In this document: positions 17,722 to 32,101 of the stretch, one piece after another | How positions within the stretch are numbered: the first letter of the stretch is position 1 | How the letters are laid out: every line of letters starts with the position of its first letter | IMG/VR virus record: IMGVR_UViG_3300033412_000009 | Coordinates: 5,434 to 69,433 of that record | DNA: 64,000 bases | Origin: a virus | Taxonomy: Duplodnaviria; Caudoviricetes | Direction: 5' to 3' (one strand) | Made by a program: the position numbers and the translations under genes | The notes under the pieces: model-generated | The model's input: the letters and a program-made list of their open reading frames with translations, nothing else | Told to the model about the DNA's origin: nothing | Database searches by the model: none

Positions 17722-18468
17722 GTGGACTTCGCCTGCGAAGTCTTCGCCACCAGCGATGACTTCATCGCCTCGAACTGCGACTGCGGGCAGCTAACGCCCG
17801 ATGAGATCACCGAGCTTCTGGAGGATGCCTCGGATCTCCTGGCAGAGATGTCGGGAGGCAAGATCACAGGTCGCTGCCAGTCGACGCTCCGCCCGTGCCG
17901 CGACTCGGTCTGCGGCTGGTGGCACACCGATCGGGTGCCCTCCTGGTCGTCGTGGGGCACCTGGAACTGCTGCTGCGGGGTCGACACCCTCCCGCTGAGG
18001 GGTCCGGTCGCGTCGATCGACCTCGTCACGATCGACGGCATCGAGCTGCCCTCCGGGGACTACAAGCTGGTCGACCGCACGAAGCTGGTCCGCACTGACG
18101 GCGGGATCTGGCCTGGCTGCCAGGATCTGTCGCTCGACTCCTCCGAGGACGGCACGTTCGCCGTCACCTACACCTTCGGCCGTCGGCCCCCGGTCTTCGC
18201 CAGGCTGGCAGCGGTCGAGCTGGCTTGCGCGCTGGGCCGCACCCCGGACCCCGCGCTGCGCCAGAAGCTCCCCGGTGGGACCACCTTCGCGTTCCACCAG
18301 GGCGTCCAGGTCGGCTTCGCGACCAGGGCAGGAGCACAGAAGGACGTCGCCATCGACCTGCCCTTCGTGCAGCAGTTCCTCGTGCTCTACGGGGCCGACG
18401 CGGCGACCGGCAACGGCCTCGCCTACGCCCCCGAGATGTACGACGGATGGAGTTTCCACACCGAATGA
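17722..18468 (+). CDS. Head-to-tail adaptor
   Basis: Position; LRGPVASIDLVTIDG, LVRTDGGIWPGCQDL, GRRPP..ARLAAVELAC; Cys-rich. Confidence 0.75.
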   Translation: MDFACEVFATSDDFIASNCDCGQLTPDEITELLEDASDLLAEMSGGKITGRCQSTLRPCRDSVCGWWHTDRVPSWSSWGTWNCCCGVDTLPLRGPVASIDLVTIDGIELPSGDYKLVDRTKLVRTDGGIWPGCQDLSLDSSEDGTFAVTYTFGRRPPVFARLAAVELACALGRTPDPALRQKLPGGTTFAFHQGVQVGFATRAGAQKDVAIDLPFVQQFLVLYGADAATGNGLAYAPEMYDGWSFHTE

Positions 18469-18535
18469 CCTGCCATAGCCAGCAGGCGCCGCAGCCTGCG
18501 ACGATGTGGCCCAGCAAGGCCCCAAGGAGGAAGTG

Positions 18536-19240
18536 ATGGCCTCGAATCTTGCGAACGACGTCTGCATTGGGCAGTACCAGCTCTGCTACATCCGCGTCGT
18601 CCGACTCAACACCAACTGCACCCCGGCAACGGGCGCTGACGTGGCCGTCATCTCTGTCGGTGCCACCACGATCACGGCCTCGCCGGAGATCGAAGAGGCC
18701 ACCGCCTTCGAGGGCAAGAACGGCTGCGACACCGTCCTCTTCGACGCGACCGGTCAGGACAAGATCAAGCGCTGGAACCTCACCGGCGAGCTGATCACCT
18801 TCGACTGGGAGCTGATGGAGATCATGTTCGGCGGTCAGGTGATCGTCGGCGGCGTCGGCACCGACTTCGCTGGCAAGGCGATCGGCTACGCGATGCCTGG
18901 CAAGGACGAAGAGGACACCTCGGGCGTCTCGCTGGAGATCTGGACGAAGAACACGACCGGCACCGGCCTCTGCGACACGGGCACCGGCACGGCCGCCCCG
19001 TGGACCCGCCACGTGTTCCCCCGGGCCCTGATGACGCCTGGCGACCGCACCTTCGAGGCCGACATCGCTCGGTTCGCCTTCACCGGCCGAGGCACGGAGA
19101 ACCCCGCCTGGGGCACCGGCGCCTTCGACGACTACCAGGGCACCGGCGATGCGCCGACCGGCTCGGGCTACTTCCAGTTCGAGGAGGTCGACCTTCCCTT
19201 CGACCCGGATGACGCCTGCGGGCTCATCGCGGCTCCCTGA
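18536..19240 (+). CDS. Major tail tube protein
   Basis: SD AAGGAGG; IRVVRLNTNC, KNGC, NPAWGTG; followed by a strong hairpin. Confidence 0.8.
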   Translation: MASNLANDVCIGQYQLCYIRVVRLNTNCTPATGADVAVISVGATTITASPEIEEATAFEGKNGCDTVLFDATGQDKIKRWNLTGELITFDWELMEIMFGGQVIVGGVGTDFAGKAIGYAMPGKDEEDTSGVSLEIWTKNTTGTGLCDTGTGTAAPWTRHVFPRALMTPGDRTFEADIARFAFTGRGTENPAWGTGAFDDYQGTGDAPTGSGYFQFEEVDLPFDPDDACGLIAAP

Positions 19241-19267
19241 TCCAACCGGAGGGGGTTGGGCACGGCA

Positions 19268-19291
19268 GAGGGCGCCCTTCGGGGCGCCCTC
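19268..19291 (+). terminator. Hairpin with C(UUCG)G tetraloop after the tail tube gene
   Basis: gagggcgccc-ttcg-gggcgccctc. Confidence 0.7.
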
Positions 19292-19297
19292 GTCGCG

Positions 19298-19303
19298 TAG
19301 GCT
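19298..19303 (+). promoter_or_regulatory. -10 box for a leaderless gene
   Basis: TAGGCT 6 nt before GTG 19310, right after the hairpin; same TAGGCTCC-N4-GTG at 30080 and 32090. Confidence 0.55.
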
Positions 19304-19309
19304 CCGATC

Positions 19310-19873
19310 GTGCTTCCCGACCTGTCCTGCAACTCGGCGTTCCCGGACTCGCTGTGCTGCGAGTCGCTGTGGGACACCGCGAACCACATCCTCGGGAAGG
19401 TCACTCCGAGGGTCATGGAGTGCATCACCGCCTGCGATTGTTGCAACGGCAACTTCTACGCCTACGTGTCTCAGGGGGAGCCGGAGGTGTGGGCGTCGGA
19501 CTACCTGGCGATCTGGCTCCAGAACATCAGCCCGTCGATCCGCTCGACCTCGCCGACGAACACGACGCACTTCGCCCACAACCTGATGCGAGCCCAGTGG
19601 GCGATGCGGATCTGCGAGGGCGGCTACCCGCACATCGAGGCCGACATCGTCGGCATCCCGGAGCTGCCCGGCTTCGACCTGCTGCACTACACGAACCGCT
19701 ACGTCTACTCCCACGGCGAGCAGATGTTCCGGGCGCTGATGCAGGCCGTCAAGGACCAGACGCTCACCCCGCGGCCCAGCACCTTCACCCTCCAGGCGTT
19801 CGGCCCGATCAGGATGGAGCGTGGCTCCGCCGGGTATCAGGTCACCTTCCAGACCGACGTGGACTTCGAGTAG
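19310..19873 (+). CDS. Tail completion/terminator-like protein
   Basis: Position after the tail tube gene; Cys-rich 187 aa. Confidence 0.55.
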   Translation: MLPDLSCNSAFPDSLCCESLWDTANHILGKVTPRVMECITACDCCNGNFYAYVSQGEPEVWASDYLAIWLQNISPSIRSTSPTNTTHFAHNLMRAQWAMRICEGGYPHIEADIVGIPELPGFDLLHYTNRYVYSHGEQMFRALMQAVKDQTLTPRPSTFTLQAFGPIRMERGSAGYQVTFQTDVDFE

Positions 19874-20349
19874 TGGGCATCGTCCTCACCCAGACCGCGA
19901 GCAAGGCCGACATGGCGCGCATCGTCGAGCGGTTCACCCGCCGTCAGATCGCCGCCCGCCTCCGTGCCGCAGGCAACGCCTCGATCCAGATCGCGGAGCG
20001 CCAGTCCGGCCTGTTCCTCAACAGCCGTGACGGCACCCGCCGCCGCAGCCCGGGTACGCCCCACATCCACGGCAACTTCTCCGCCACCTACACCGACCTC
20101 ACCGAGTTCTCGGCCGGGGCGATGGAGTTCTCGCTCACCAACCCATCCCCCGCGTTGAACTATCTGGAGTTCGGCACCGGCCCACACACGATCAGCCCAC
20201 ACGGCACCTATCTGGCATGGCCCGGCCACGTCCAGAAGGGCCCGGTAGAGCACCCCGGTTCGACCCGGTTCAAGGGCCGCGTGCGTGCCGCCATCTCGCT
20301 CGCCATGAGGGAGAAGTTCCCCGGCATCAAGCCGATCCCCCTCGACTAG
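19873..20349 (+). CDS. HK97 gp10-like tail/neck protein
   Basis: ALNYLEFGTGPHTISP...VEHPG motif. Confidence 0.7.
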   Translation: MGIVLTQTASKADMARIVERFTRRQIAARLRAAGNASIQIAERQSGLFLNSRDGTRRRSPGTPHIHGNFSATYTDLTEFSAGAMEFSLTNPSPALNYLEFGTGPHTISPHGTYLAWPGHVQKGPVEHPGSTRFKGRVRAAISLAMREKFPGIKPIPLD

Positions 20350-20366
20350 CGGTACCATCCGCGGCC

Positions 20367-20828
20367 GTGCCCACCAAGAAGAAGCCCCCCACCAACCACG
20401 TCGACATCGACGCCCTGATCAAGGACGACCTCGAAGCCAACCTGAAGAAGGCGACGACCGCCACCATCGACCTCGGTGGTCGGACCTGGACGCTGACCGA
20501 CGCCGGTTCCGTGATGGCGGCCGTCGAGCTGTTCTCCGGTGACGAGGACAAGGCTGGCTCCGCCTACACCGACTGGATGCTCGGCATGGTCGTCGAGGAC
20601 GAGCGCGACGACTTCGACCGGCTCCTCCGGCGCATCCAGGGCCTCGATGCCACGCTGCTGATGAAGATCGGCAACGCCATGTCGGAGGCGCTCACCGGGC
20701 GCCCTACCGAGCAGTCGCCGGACTCGCCCGCGAGCTCCGGCGGCCAGCCGTCCGACACGCCCTCAACGGAGAGCTTTACCTCTCCGGACGGCCTCGACTC
20801 GAACACCTCGGAGGAGTTGACGCTCTAG
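20367..20828 (+). CDS. Tail assembly chaperone (G)
   Basis: Precedes the tape measure; ends ALTGRPT plus a Ser/Pro tail typical of actinophage chaperones. Confidence 0.8.
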   Translation: MPTKKKPPTNHVDIDALIKDDLEANLKKATTATIDLGGRTWTLTDAGSVMAAVELFSGDEDKAGSAYTDWMLGMVVEDERDDFDRLLRRIQGLDATLLMKIGNAMSEALTGRPTEQSPDSPASSGGQPSDTPSTESFTSPDGLDSNTSEELTL

Positions 20829-21037
20829 ACGTCACCTTGGCCTACCTCCTGCGGCTGATCCCGCCGGAGGTCCGCTGGGAGTTCCTCGACGAGCTGTACG
20901 GCGAAGCCGCTGATCCGACGACGGTGAAGGTGGCTGGCGTGACGCTCGACAAGTCCGTCATGGACGAGATGACGGCCCAGCGTGAGCGGGCCCTCGCGAA
21001 ACGCCAGTCCAGAACAGCATCTGAGCCCGCCGAGTAG
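20699..21037 (+). CDS. -1 frame extension of the tail assembly chaperone (GT product)
   Basis: The -1 frame is open from GCG CCC TAC to 21037: APYRAVAGLARELRRPAVRHALNGELYLSG...LLRLIPPEVRWEFLDELY. Confidence 0.7.
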   Translation, partial: APYRAVAGLARELRRPAVRHALNGELYLSGRPRLEHLGGVDALDVTLAYLLRLIPPEVRWEFLDELYGEAADPTTVKVAGVTLDKSVMDEMTAQRERALAKRQSRTASEPAE

Positions 21038-21049
21038 ATTCGCCGCCCA

Positions 21050-24000
21050 ATGGCCGACTTCACCTTCACCGTAGGAGCCGAGCCAGACTCGGCATCCTTC
21101 GATGCTGTCGGTGCAGAGGCCGGGGCGGCAATCGCTGACGGGATCAAGCACGGGTCGAAGGAAGCAGCACGAGCTGCCGACAACCTGTCGCGAGACATCA
21201 AGGCGTCTATCGAGCGGATCAAGGGCCAGCTCGGCAATGCCCTGAAGGCGGGCATCGACATCCGCCAGTTCGCTCCCCTCCAGCGAGGTCTGGAGCGGCT
21301 GCTCGCCGTCCAGCGCGAGATCGAGACGTCGCGCGACCGTCTCGCCACTGACTCCCGGTTCAAGCAGGCCATCGTCGCCGAGACCGAAGCGGTCCGAGCG
21401 CTGACCTCATCCCAGACCCGAGAGCTTCAGTCGACCGTCGCCGCCTTGAACATCCGGGCCCGTGGCGAGAACGCCGCCCTCGACCGCCAGCGGGCAGCGC
21501 AGAACATCGCCCTCCAGCGCGACGCCCAGATCCAGATCAACGCCGCTCGCACCGCGGGCAAGGCCCGGATCGTGCTCGCCCAGCAGATCGGTGCTCAGCT
21601 CCTGTCGGCCGAGCGCATCATCTCCAACGGCGTCACCAACATCATCCGTGGCACCGCGAAGGCCGTCGGCAAGGTCTGGGACTCCACCGTCGGCTCCCTG
21701 AAGCGTTCCTTCTCGGAACGCAAGACGGTCATCGAGGGCGGGCTGAAGAACGAGTCCCGTCTCTTCTCCCAGTCCACGATCATCTCTCAGCGCGCCAACC
21801 AGGGCGTGCTCGGCGCGATCGGCAACAACCTCGGCACGATCGGTGGCGGTCTCGCCATCGGTGCCGCGGCGCGCCAGATCTTCACGCTCGGCTCCGACTT
21901 CGCTCGGGGCCTCAACGTGATGCAGGCCCAGCTCCAGTTGACCGCCGAGCAGATGAAGACGGTCAGCGACCTGTCTATCCAGCTCGGCAACGACATCAAC
22001 CTGCCAGGCGTCTCCGCTCTCGACGCCGCCCAGGGCATCGGCCTGCTGGCCAAGCAGTTCGCCTCGCTCGGTCCCGCCGCCATCGGCGCTGCAGAAGCCG
22101 CAGCTAAGGGCACCCTGCAGCTCGCGCGAGCCGTCGGCGCTGCGCCCGAGGAGGCTGCCGCTGCCGTCGGTGCCGCCGTCAACGTCTTCGGCGAGGATGC
22201 CCAGCGCGCCACGCAGGTCGCTGACCAGCTCACCGCCGCGCTCAGCCAGGCGGCGGGCACGTCGTTCACCGACTTCTCCCAGGCGTTCACCCAGGGCGCC
22301 TCGGTCGTGTCGTCGTTCATCACCCCCGCCGACGGGGCGACGAACGCCATCACCGAGTTCTCCGCCGCCATCGCCGTGCTCGCCCGTGGTGGCCTGATCG
22401 GCTCCGACGCCGGTACGTCGATCAAGCAGTTCTTCCTCCAGGCCAACCGTGGCACCGACGACGTCAATGCTGCGCTGGCCGAGGTGTCTCAGCGCGCCGG
22501 GGAGACCGGCACCGCATTCTTCACGGCGGAAGGCAAGGCGCGCCCGCTCGTCCAAACGATCGACATCCTCCAGCGAGGCTTGCAGGGCCTCACGGAAGAG
22601 CAGCGAGCCTCGACCCTGCAGACCATCTTCGGCTCGGACGCCACCCGTGTCGCCAACATCCTCATCGGCCAGGGCGCGGCGGAGCTGCTGAAGGCGGAGG
22701 CCGCCACCCAGCGTCAAGGCGCGGCAGCCGATCTGGCGGCAGCGCAGAACAAGGGCCTGGCGGGCGCCATCGACGCCATCAAGTCCCAGTTCGAGACCTT
22801 CGCCATCCTCATCTTCCAGAAGGTCAACCCGATCCTCGGCGACGTCGGCCTGAAGGTCGCTGGGTTCATCGACAAGCTCGCCAACGGCGAAGGTGCGTTC
22901 GCCACGTTCCGCAAGGGCATCCTCGGTGTCGGCGCAGCCCTCGGTGCGATCGTCGCCCTGCGTGGCATCTCCGAGGTTGCTGGCCTGATCGGCTCGATCG
23001 TCACGCTCCTCGGCCCGTTCGGTGTCGCCATCGCCGGGATCGGTGCCGTCGTCGGCATCGCGACGGGCGGCTTCCGCAACTTCGGTGGCACCTTGGACCG
23101 GCTCCGGGAGATCGCACAGACCGTCACCAACGTGATCCAGAAGGGTCTCGCGGTGGCGATGGCGTTCCTGCGGACCCAGTTCCAGCGGATCCAGCCGATC
23201 ATCCAGCCCGTCCTCGACCGGCTGACAGCGTTCGGCCAGCGCATCATCGACATCGGCCGCTCGTTCCAGCAGGCGTTCAAGTTCGGCGGGTTCGGCAACG
23301 CCATCCAGAACCTGCGCAAGAACCTCGGCTCCCTCGGCCAGGACATCGGGACTGTCCTCGCGCCTATCGGCAAGGCGCTGGGTGAGAAGCTCGTCCCGGT
23401 CAGGGATCTGGCGCTCAACATCAAGAACCGGATCGTCGATGCGTTCAAGGCGATCAACTTCTCCCAGATCTTCTCCACCATCGGCCGCACGATTTCTGGT
23501 GTCCTGTCCACGTCGCTGGGTAGGAATCTGACCGGGGCCGGGATCGGCGCCATAGCGGGAGGCGTCATCGCTGGCCCGCTCGGCGCCGCTCTCGGAGCAG
23601 CGTTCGGCGCGGCGGTGGCGATCGCCATCCCGAAGCTGAAGGCCGCACTGGGCCGCATCAACATCGGCGACCTGTTCGGCGCCTTCCTCCAGAAGGTCAA
23701 CCAGCTCGGCAAGCTCATCGGCCAGATCCTGTCGTCGCGCCAGTTCCTCCTCGGCGTCGCCGGGATCGCCGCCGCTGCTGCCGCCATCGGCGTCCAGTTC
23801 GTCACCGGCTTCGTGTCGGGCGTCCTGTCGCACCTCGGTGACATCGCCGCTGTCGGCGCCACCATCCTCAACGCCCTGTTCGCCCAGTCGGCCATCGTCA
23901 AGGCGATCGCCGCGCTGGTGCTCATCTTCCGCAAGCAGCTCTTCGGCCTCTTCTCCTCGTCGAAGGTCGGCCAGGAGGCTGGGCAGAAGCTGGCGCAGAA

Positions 24001-26569
24001 CGTCACCGAGGGCGCAGCCAAGGAGCTGCCCAAGGGCTTCCTCGCCAACGCCAAGGTGTTCGGCCAGTCCGCAGTCGCAGCCTTCACCGACGTCGGCAAG
24101 AAGGCGGCGCAGGGTCTCGTCGTCGCCCTGTCGGCCGGGCTGTCCGGCTCCGCGCTCGGTTCCGCGAGCAGCGGGCTGGAGCGTGGTCTTGCTGCCGCTG
24201 GGATCGCGGCGTCCGCTGCGCAGGCGTTCGCCATCGGCTCGGCTACTCCCGCTGGTCCGGCTGGCGGTGCGGCGCTGGCGGCGGCCACTGTCGGCATCGG
24301 CGCGCTGACCGCTGTCATCGGTGCCAACAGCAAGAAGGCCGCCGAGGCCAAGAAGGCGATGCAGGACTACGCCACGGCGATCGACCAGGCCGGGCAGTCC
24401 GGACAGTCCAGCGCGGATGCGATCTCGGGAGTGTTCTCCGACAAGCTGAAGGGTGCCTCCGACGACGTCATCAAGGCGCTGAAGGACGCCGGGATCAGCT
24501 TCGCCGACTTGCAGGACCAGGCCGGGAAGGGCGACTTCTCGGCGACGATCGACACGCTGCGCGAGAAGGCGAAGGGGCTGCGCGAAGAGGCGGCGACCCT
24601 CCAGTCGCAGGGCCTGATCCCCGACGCCAACGAGGCCACCTTCCAGGCGCGCAAGATCGAGAACGCTCTCAGCTTCATCAACCAGCAGCAGAAGGCGATC
24701 GCCGCCGAGGGTGACCGGCGCTCCCTCGTCGACTCCTTCATCGGCAAGAACTTCAAGCTGAGCACGATCACTGGTGGCATCCAGGGCGTCATCACCAAGA
24801 TCAACGAGGCGGTCAGCGCCAAGAAGCGGCTGGCCGAGGACATCCGCGCCGAGAACCTTCAGACGAAGCTGCGGATCCTGAAGGAGGGGACCGAGGCGAT
24901 CGGCGCGGCTGCCGACGTGTCGAAGCAGAAGATCCTGGAGCTGGCCCAGGGGCCGCAGAAGAAGACGCCCCAGCAGGGTGGCGCGGAGGCCGTGCAGGGC
25001 GCAGTCGACATCGCTCCCGATGTCACCCAGGCGTTCCTCACCGGCCTGGACACGGCGCTCGGCTCGGCTCAGCTCACCAACGCCCTCAGCCGCCTGACCC
25101 CGGTCCTGTCGACCGCGGTCCAGGACGGCCTCGGGAACGCGTTCACCCCGGAGCAGATCGCGGCGAACCTCGCTCAGGTCAAGGCGGCCATCAGCCAGGC
25201 CGTGCAGCCGGATGGCACGCCGATCTCGCAGGACGTGAAGGACGCCCTCCTGAAGGGCGTCGCCGACTTCGAGGCCGTCAACGTCCCTCAGATCGTCCAG
25301 ATCCAGGCCGAGGCCGATCTCCGCAAGGCGGCCCTCGCCGGAGATCAGACCGCGGCTGCCGCGCTCGCTGCTCTCGGCCGGAACGGGCCGATCGCCATCG
25401 AGTCGAAGGCGAACATCGCTGCTGCCGTCACCGCCGGTGGTCAGATCGTCAATTCGGCCGACTCGATCGTCCGGAACCTCCCTGCCATCGTCGGCTCGAA
25501 GCCCAACCTCAGCCAGGCCGCCGCGGCGGGAACGACGATCCACTCCACGGCCCAGAAGAACGCCGACAAGCAGATCACCGTCGGCAACAAGGTCGTTGCC
25601 ACTCCGGGCGCTGGCGAGTCGGCTGGCCGGTCGATCGCCACCAACGTCGGCCAGGGCTTCAAGAACGGTCTCTCCGGTCTGTTCACCTCGATCCAGAAGA
25701 CGGTCACCACCATCGTGAACGGCGCGGTCATCAATACGGCCACCGCCATCCTGAAGATCTCCTCGCCGTCGAAGGTCTTCATGGGCATCGGCGAAGACAC
25801 GATGAAGGGCCTTGCCATCGGCATCCAGAACGGCGCCGATGACGTCACCTCGGCGACCGCTGATGTGGTCAAGGCGCTCATCGACGCCAGTCAAACCGCG
25901 GCGGATCGGTTGGCGCTCGCCGGGCGCACCGCACTGGGCGGCGTGTTCGAGGGCGTGTTCAACTCGGCTGCCGCTCAGGCCCGGATTGCAGGGATCGAGG
26001 CGGGGCGTGGCCTGACCACGGCGTTCGAGGGAATCCGCAAGTCCGTCGAAGACGAGGCCGCCTCCCTGTTCCAGGCTGCATCGACAGCGGCCAACGAGCG
26101 CACCCCCGAGCAGAACCGCATCATCGCTCGATCCGACTTCGCCTCGGTGTTCAACCTGTCCAACCAGCAGGCCATCCAGACTGCGGTCGAGGCCATCAAG
26201 ACCTTCGGCGCCAGCCTCCTGGCGTCCGGCGTGAACGCTGATGGCGCGGCGAACTCGATGATCGCGTACCGCAACACGCTGCTCCAGACGGCCGCCGCCG
26301 CCGGGCTCAACATCCAGCAGACCGCTGCCCTCGTCGACCAGCTCGGGCTGTCGAACGACGCCCTCAACCAGTTCGTGCAGCTCGGCCGTCAGGCCACGCA
26401 GGTCGTGAACGCCGCTCCTGGCTTTGCTCCGACCCCGCCGCCGCCGCTGACCACTGGCCCGAATCCAACCACGATCTTCAACGTGGACAACCGCTTCGAT
26501 CTCCCCTTCGGTGATCCGCAAGCCGTATCGTTGGCCGTCGTGAACCGGCTGGCTCATCTGGTGCGCTGA
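21050..26569 (+). CDS. Tape measure protein
   Basis: 1839 aa, Ala/Gly-rich helical; TP901-like central domain (GSDAGTSIKQ, TIFGSDA); SSPSKVF motif. Confidence 0.95.
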   Translation: MADFTFTVGAEPDSASFDAVGAEAGAAIADGIKHGSKEAARAADNLSRDIKASIERIKGQLGNALKAGIDIRQFAPLQRGLERLLAVQREIETSRDRLATDSRFKQAIVAETEAVRALTSSQTRELQSTVAALNIRARGENAALDRQRAAQNIALQRDAQIQINAARTAGKARIVLAQQIGAQLLSAERIISNGVTNIIRGTAKAVGKVWDSTVGSLKRSFSERKTVIEGGLKNESRLFSQSTIISQRANQGVLGAIGNNLGTIGGGLAIGAAARQIFTLGSDFARGLNVMQAQLQLTAEQMKTVSDLSIQLGNDINLPGVSALDAAQGIGLLAKQFASLGPAAIGAAEAAAKGTLQLARAVGAAPEEAAAAVGAAVNVFGEDAQRATQVADQLTAALSQAAGTSFTDFSQAFTQGASVVSSFITPADGATNAITEFSAAIAVLARGGLIGSDAGTSIKQFFLQANRGTDDVNAALAEVSQRAGETGTAFFTAEGKARPLVQTIDILQRGLQGLTEEQRASTLQTIFGSDATRVANILIGQGAAELLKAEAATQRQGAAADLAAAQNKGLAGAIDAIKSQFETFAILIFQKVNPILGDVGLKVAGFIDKLANGEGAFATFRKGILGVGAALGAIVALRGISEVAGLIGSIVTLLGPFGVAIAGIGAVVGIATGGFRNFGGTLDRLREIAQTVTNVIQKGLAVAMAFLRTQFQRIQPIIQPVLDRLTAFGQRIIDIGRSFQQAFKFGGFGNAIQNLRKNLGSLGQDIGTVLAPIGKALGEKLVPVRDLALNIKNRIVDAFKAINFSQIFSTIGRTISGVLSTSLGRNLTGAGIGAIAGGVIAGPLGAALGAAFGAAVAIAIPKLKAALGRINIGDLFGAFLQKVNQLGKLIGQILSSRQFLLGVAGIAAAAAAIGVQFVTGFVSGVLSHLGDIAAVGATILNALFAQSAIVKAIAALVLIFRKQLFGLFSSSKVGQEAGQKLAQNVTEGAAKELPKGFLANAKVFGQSAVAAFTDVGKKAAQGLVVALSAGLSGSALGSASSGLERGLAAAGIAASAAQAFAIGSATPAGPAGGAALAAATVGIGALTAVIGANSKKAAEAKKAMQDYATAIDQAGQSGQSSADAISGVFSDKLKGASDDVIKALKDAGISFADLQDQAGKGDFSATIDTLREKAKGLREEAATLQSQGLIPDANEATFQARKIENALSFINQQQKAIAAEGDRRSLVDSFIGKNFKLSTITGGIQGVITKINEAVSAKKRLAEDIRAENLQTKLRILKEGTEAIGAAADVSKQKILELAQGPQKKTPQQGGAEAVQGAVDIAPDVTQAFLTGLDTALGSAQLTNALSRLTPVLSTAVQDGLGNAFTPEQIAANLAQVKAAISQAVQPDGTPISQDVKDALLKGVADFEAVNVPQIVQIQAEADLRKAALAGDQTAAAALAALGRNGPIAIESKANIAAAVTAGGQIVNSADSIVRNLPAIVGSKPNLSQAAAAGTTIHSTAQKNADKQITVGNKVVATPGAGESAGRSIATNVGQGFKNGLSGLFTSIQKTVTTIVNGAVINTATAILKISSPSKVFMGIGEDTMKGLAIGIQNGADDVTSATADVVKALIDASQTAADRLALAGRTALGGVFEGVFNSAAAQARIAGIEAGRGLTTAFEGIRKSVEDEAASLFQAASTAANERTPEQNRIIARSDFASVFNLSNQQAIQTAVEAIKTFGASLLASGVNADGAANSMIAYRNTLLQTAAAAGLNIQQTAALVDQLGLSNDALNQFVQLGRQATQVVNAAPGFAPTPPPPLTTGPNPTTIFNVDNRFDLPFGDPQAVSLAVVNRLAHLVR

Positions 26570-27810
26570 TGGCTAGCTACGTTCCGACCTGGCTGTACTA
26601 CGTCGATGACGTGCTCGGCCCCTGCGAGATCTTCAACTCGGAGCGGCTGCTCGGCGCGCTCGGCGTGCAGCAGACCTGCGGCATCTTCTCCGTCGGTGGC
26701 CACGAGTGTGAATGGAACGACGGCGTCTCCGCGCTGGCGCTCGATCCGTGCTCGGTGAATCCTTCCGGCGTGCAGACGTGGGAGACCTTGACCTACGGCG
26801 CACCGGACGACACCGACAACCCTGCTCCCTGGTGGGACGGTGTCGCTGGCTCCCCGTCGTCGCGGGCCTACGGCTTCTTCGTCGAGGAGTGGACCGGCAT
26901 GGACGGGGCGCATCACAAGCGCAACGTCGCCAACCGCGCCTCCCGTCGCGGTGGTGCCAACTTCGGGCCGCTCAGCTCGGGCCACCGGGTGTGGAAGATG
27001 AACGTGATCCTCGCCGGAGCTGGCGAGGACGCCCTGGAGGATCTCTTCCGCTGGCTGGAAGACGTCCTCCTCGACTGCTGCGATCCGTGCGGCGGCAACG
27101 ACTTCCTGGTCCGCACCTCGTGTCCCCCCGACGGCGATCCCGACTTCGCGCTGTACCGAGTCCACGGCGCGGCGCTCCTCGAAGGCCCAGCATGGGAGGA
27201 CGCTCCCGCCGAGAAGCTCGGCTGCTATCTGCGGCGGGTGTCGTTCACGATCGGCGTCGCTGACCCGTGCCTGTACTCGTGCTCGACGGCGTGCATCACC
27301 AACGAGACGCTCCCCGAGATCACCGAGTGCATCCCGTTCTCCCTCTGGTGGGGCTGCAACACCTCCTGCGAGGACATGGAGCCCTACCGCCTCTCCTGCC
27401 CGGTGCCCGGCACGTCGCGCGGTGCGATGACCGCGGTGGTGACGATCGTCAACAACTCGCCGAACCCTTCTCCCCCGATGCGGGTGTTCGGCATGTCCGA
27501 CCCGCTCGGCCTCGGGCCGAACCCGTGCGTGCTCCCGATCTGTCAGGACTTCCGCACGCAGCAGATCCCTGGTGGCGGGACGATCGTCATCGACTCCTCG
27601 ACTCGGCGCACCCTGTACAAGGACGCCTCGACTGGCTTCGTGTTCGTGGACGGCACGCCGTTCCTGGATCCCGACCCGGGTCGCGCTCCGAGCTACCTCT
27701 CTCTCGGGTGCGACCCGGGTTGGATCGTGGTCGAGCCCGCAGGCTTCTGCGGCGACACGAACCTCATCAACGTCTCGGTCGATCTGATCCAGCGCGTCGG
27801 GTGCTGCTGA
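26569..27810 (+). CDS. Minor tail protein (distal-tail position), very Cys-rich
   Basis: Directly after the TMP; 22 Cys in 413 aa by hand count. Confidence 0.75.
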   Translation: MASYVPTWLYYVDDVLGPCEIFNSERLLGALGVQQTCGIFSVGGHECEWNDGVSALALDPCSVNPSGVQTWETLTYGAPDDTDNPAPWWDGVAGSPSSRAYGFFVEEWTGMDGAHHKRNVANRASRRGGANFGPLSSGHRVWKMNVILAGAGEDALEDLFRWLEDVLLDCCDPCGGNDFLVRTSCPPDGDPDFALYRVHGAALLEGPAWEDAPAEKLGCYLRRVSFTIGVADPCLYSCSTACITNETLPEITECIPFSLWWGCNTSCEDMEPYRLSCPVPGTSRGAMTAVVTIVNNSPNPSPPMRVFGMSDPLGLGPNPCVLPICQDFRTQQIPGGGTIVIDSSTRRTLYKDASTGFVFVDGTPFLDPDPGRAPSYLSLGCDPGWIVVEPAGFCGDTNLINVSVDLIQRVGCC

Positions 27811-27811
27811 G

Positions 27812-32092
<4,281 letters not shown>

Positions 32093-32101
32093 GCTCCGCC
32101 C

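Noticed and set aside
21407-26557. 1716-aa antisense ORF and many other long antisense or alternate-frame ORFs (e.g. 11835-13562, 15067-16527, 27767-30484)
   Set aside because: These are shadow ORFs of GC3-biased genes: low-complexity Arg/Gly/Ala/Val translations, no motifs, and each is fully explained by the sense gene
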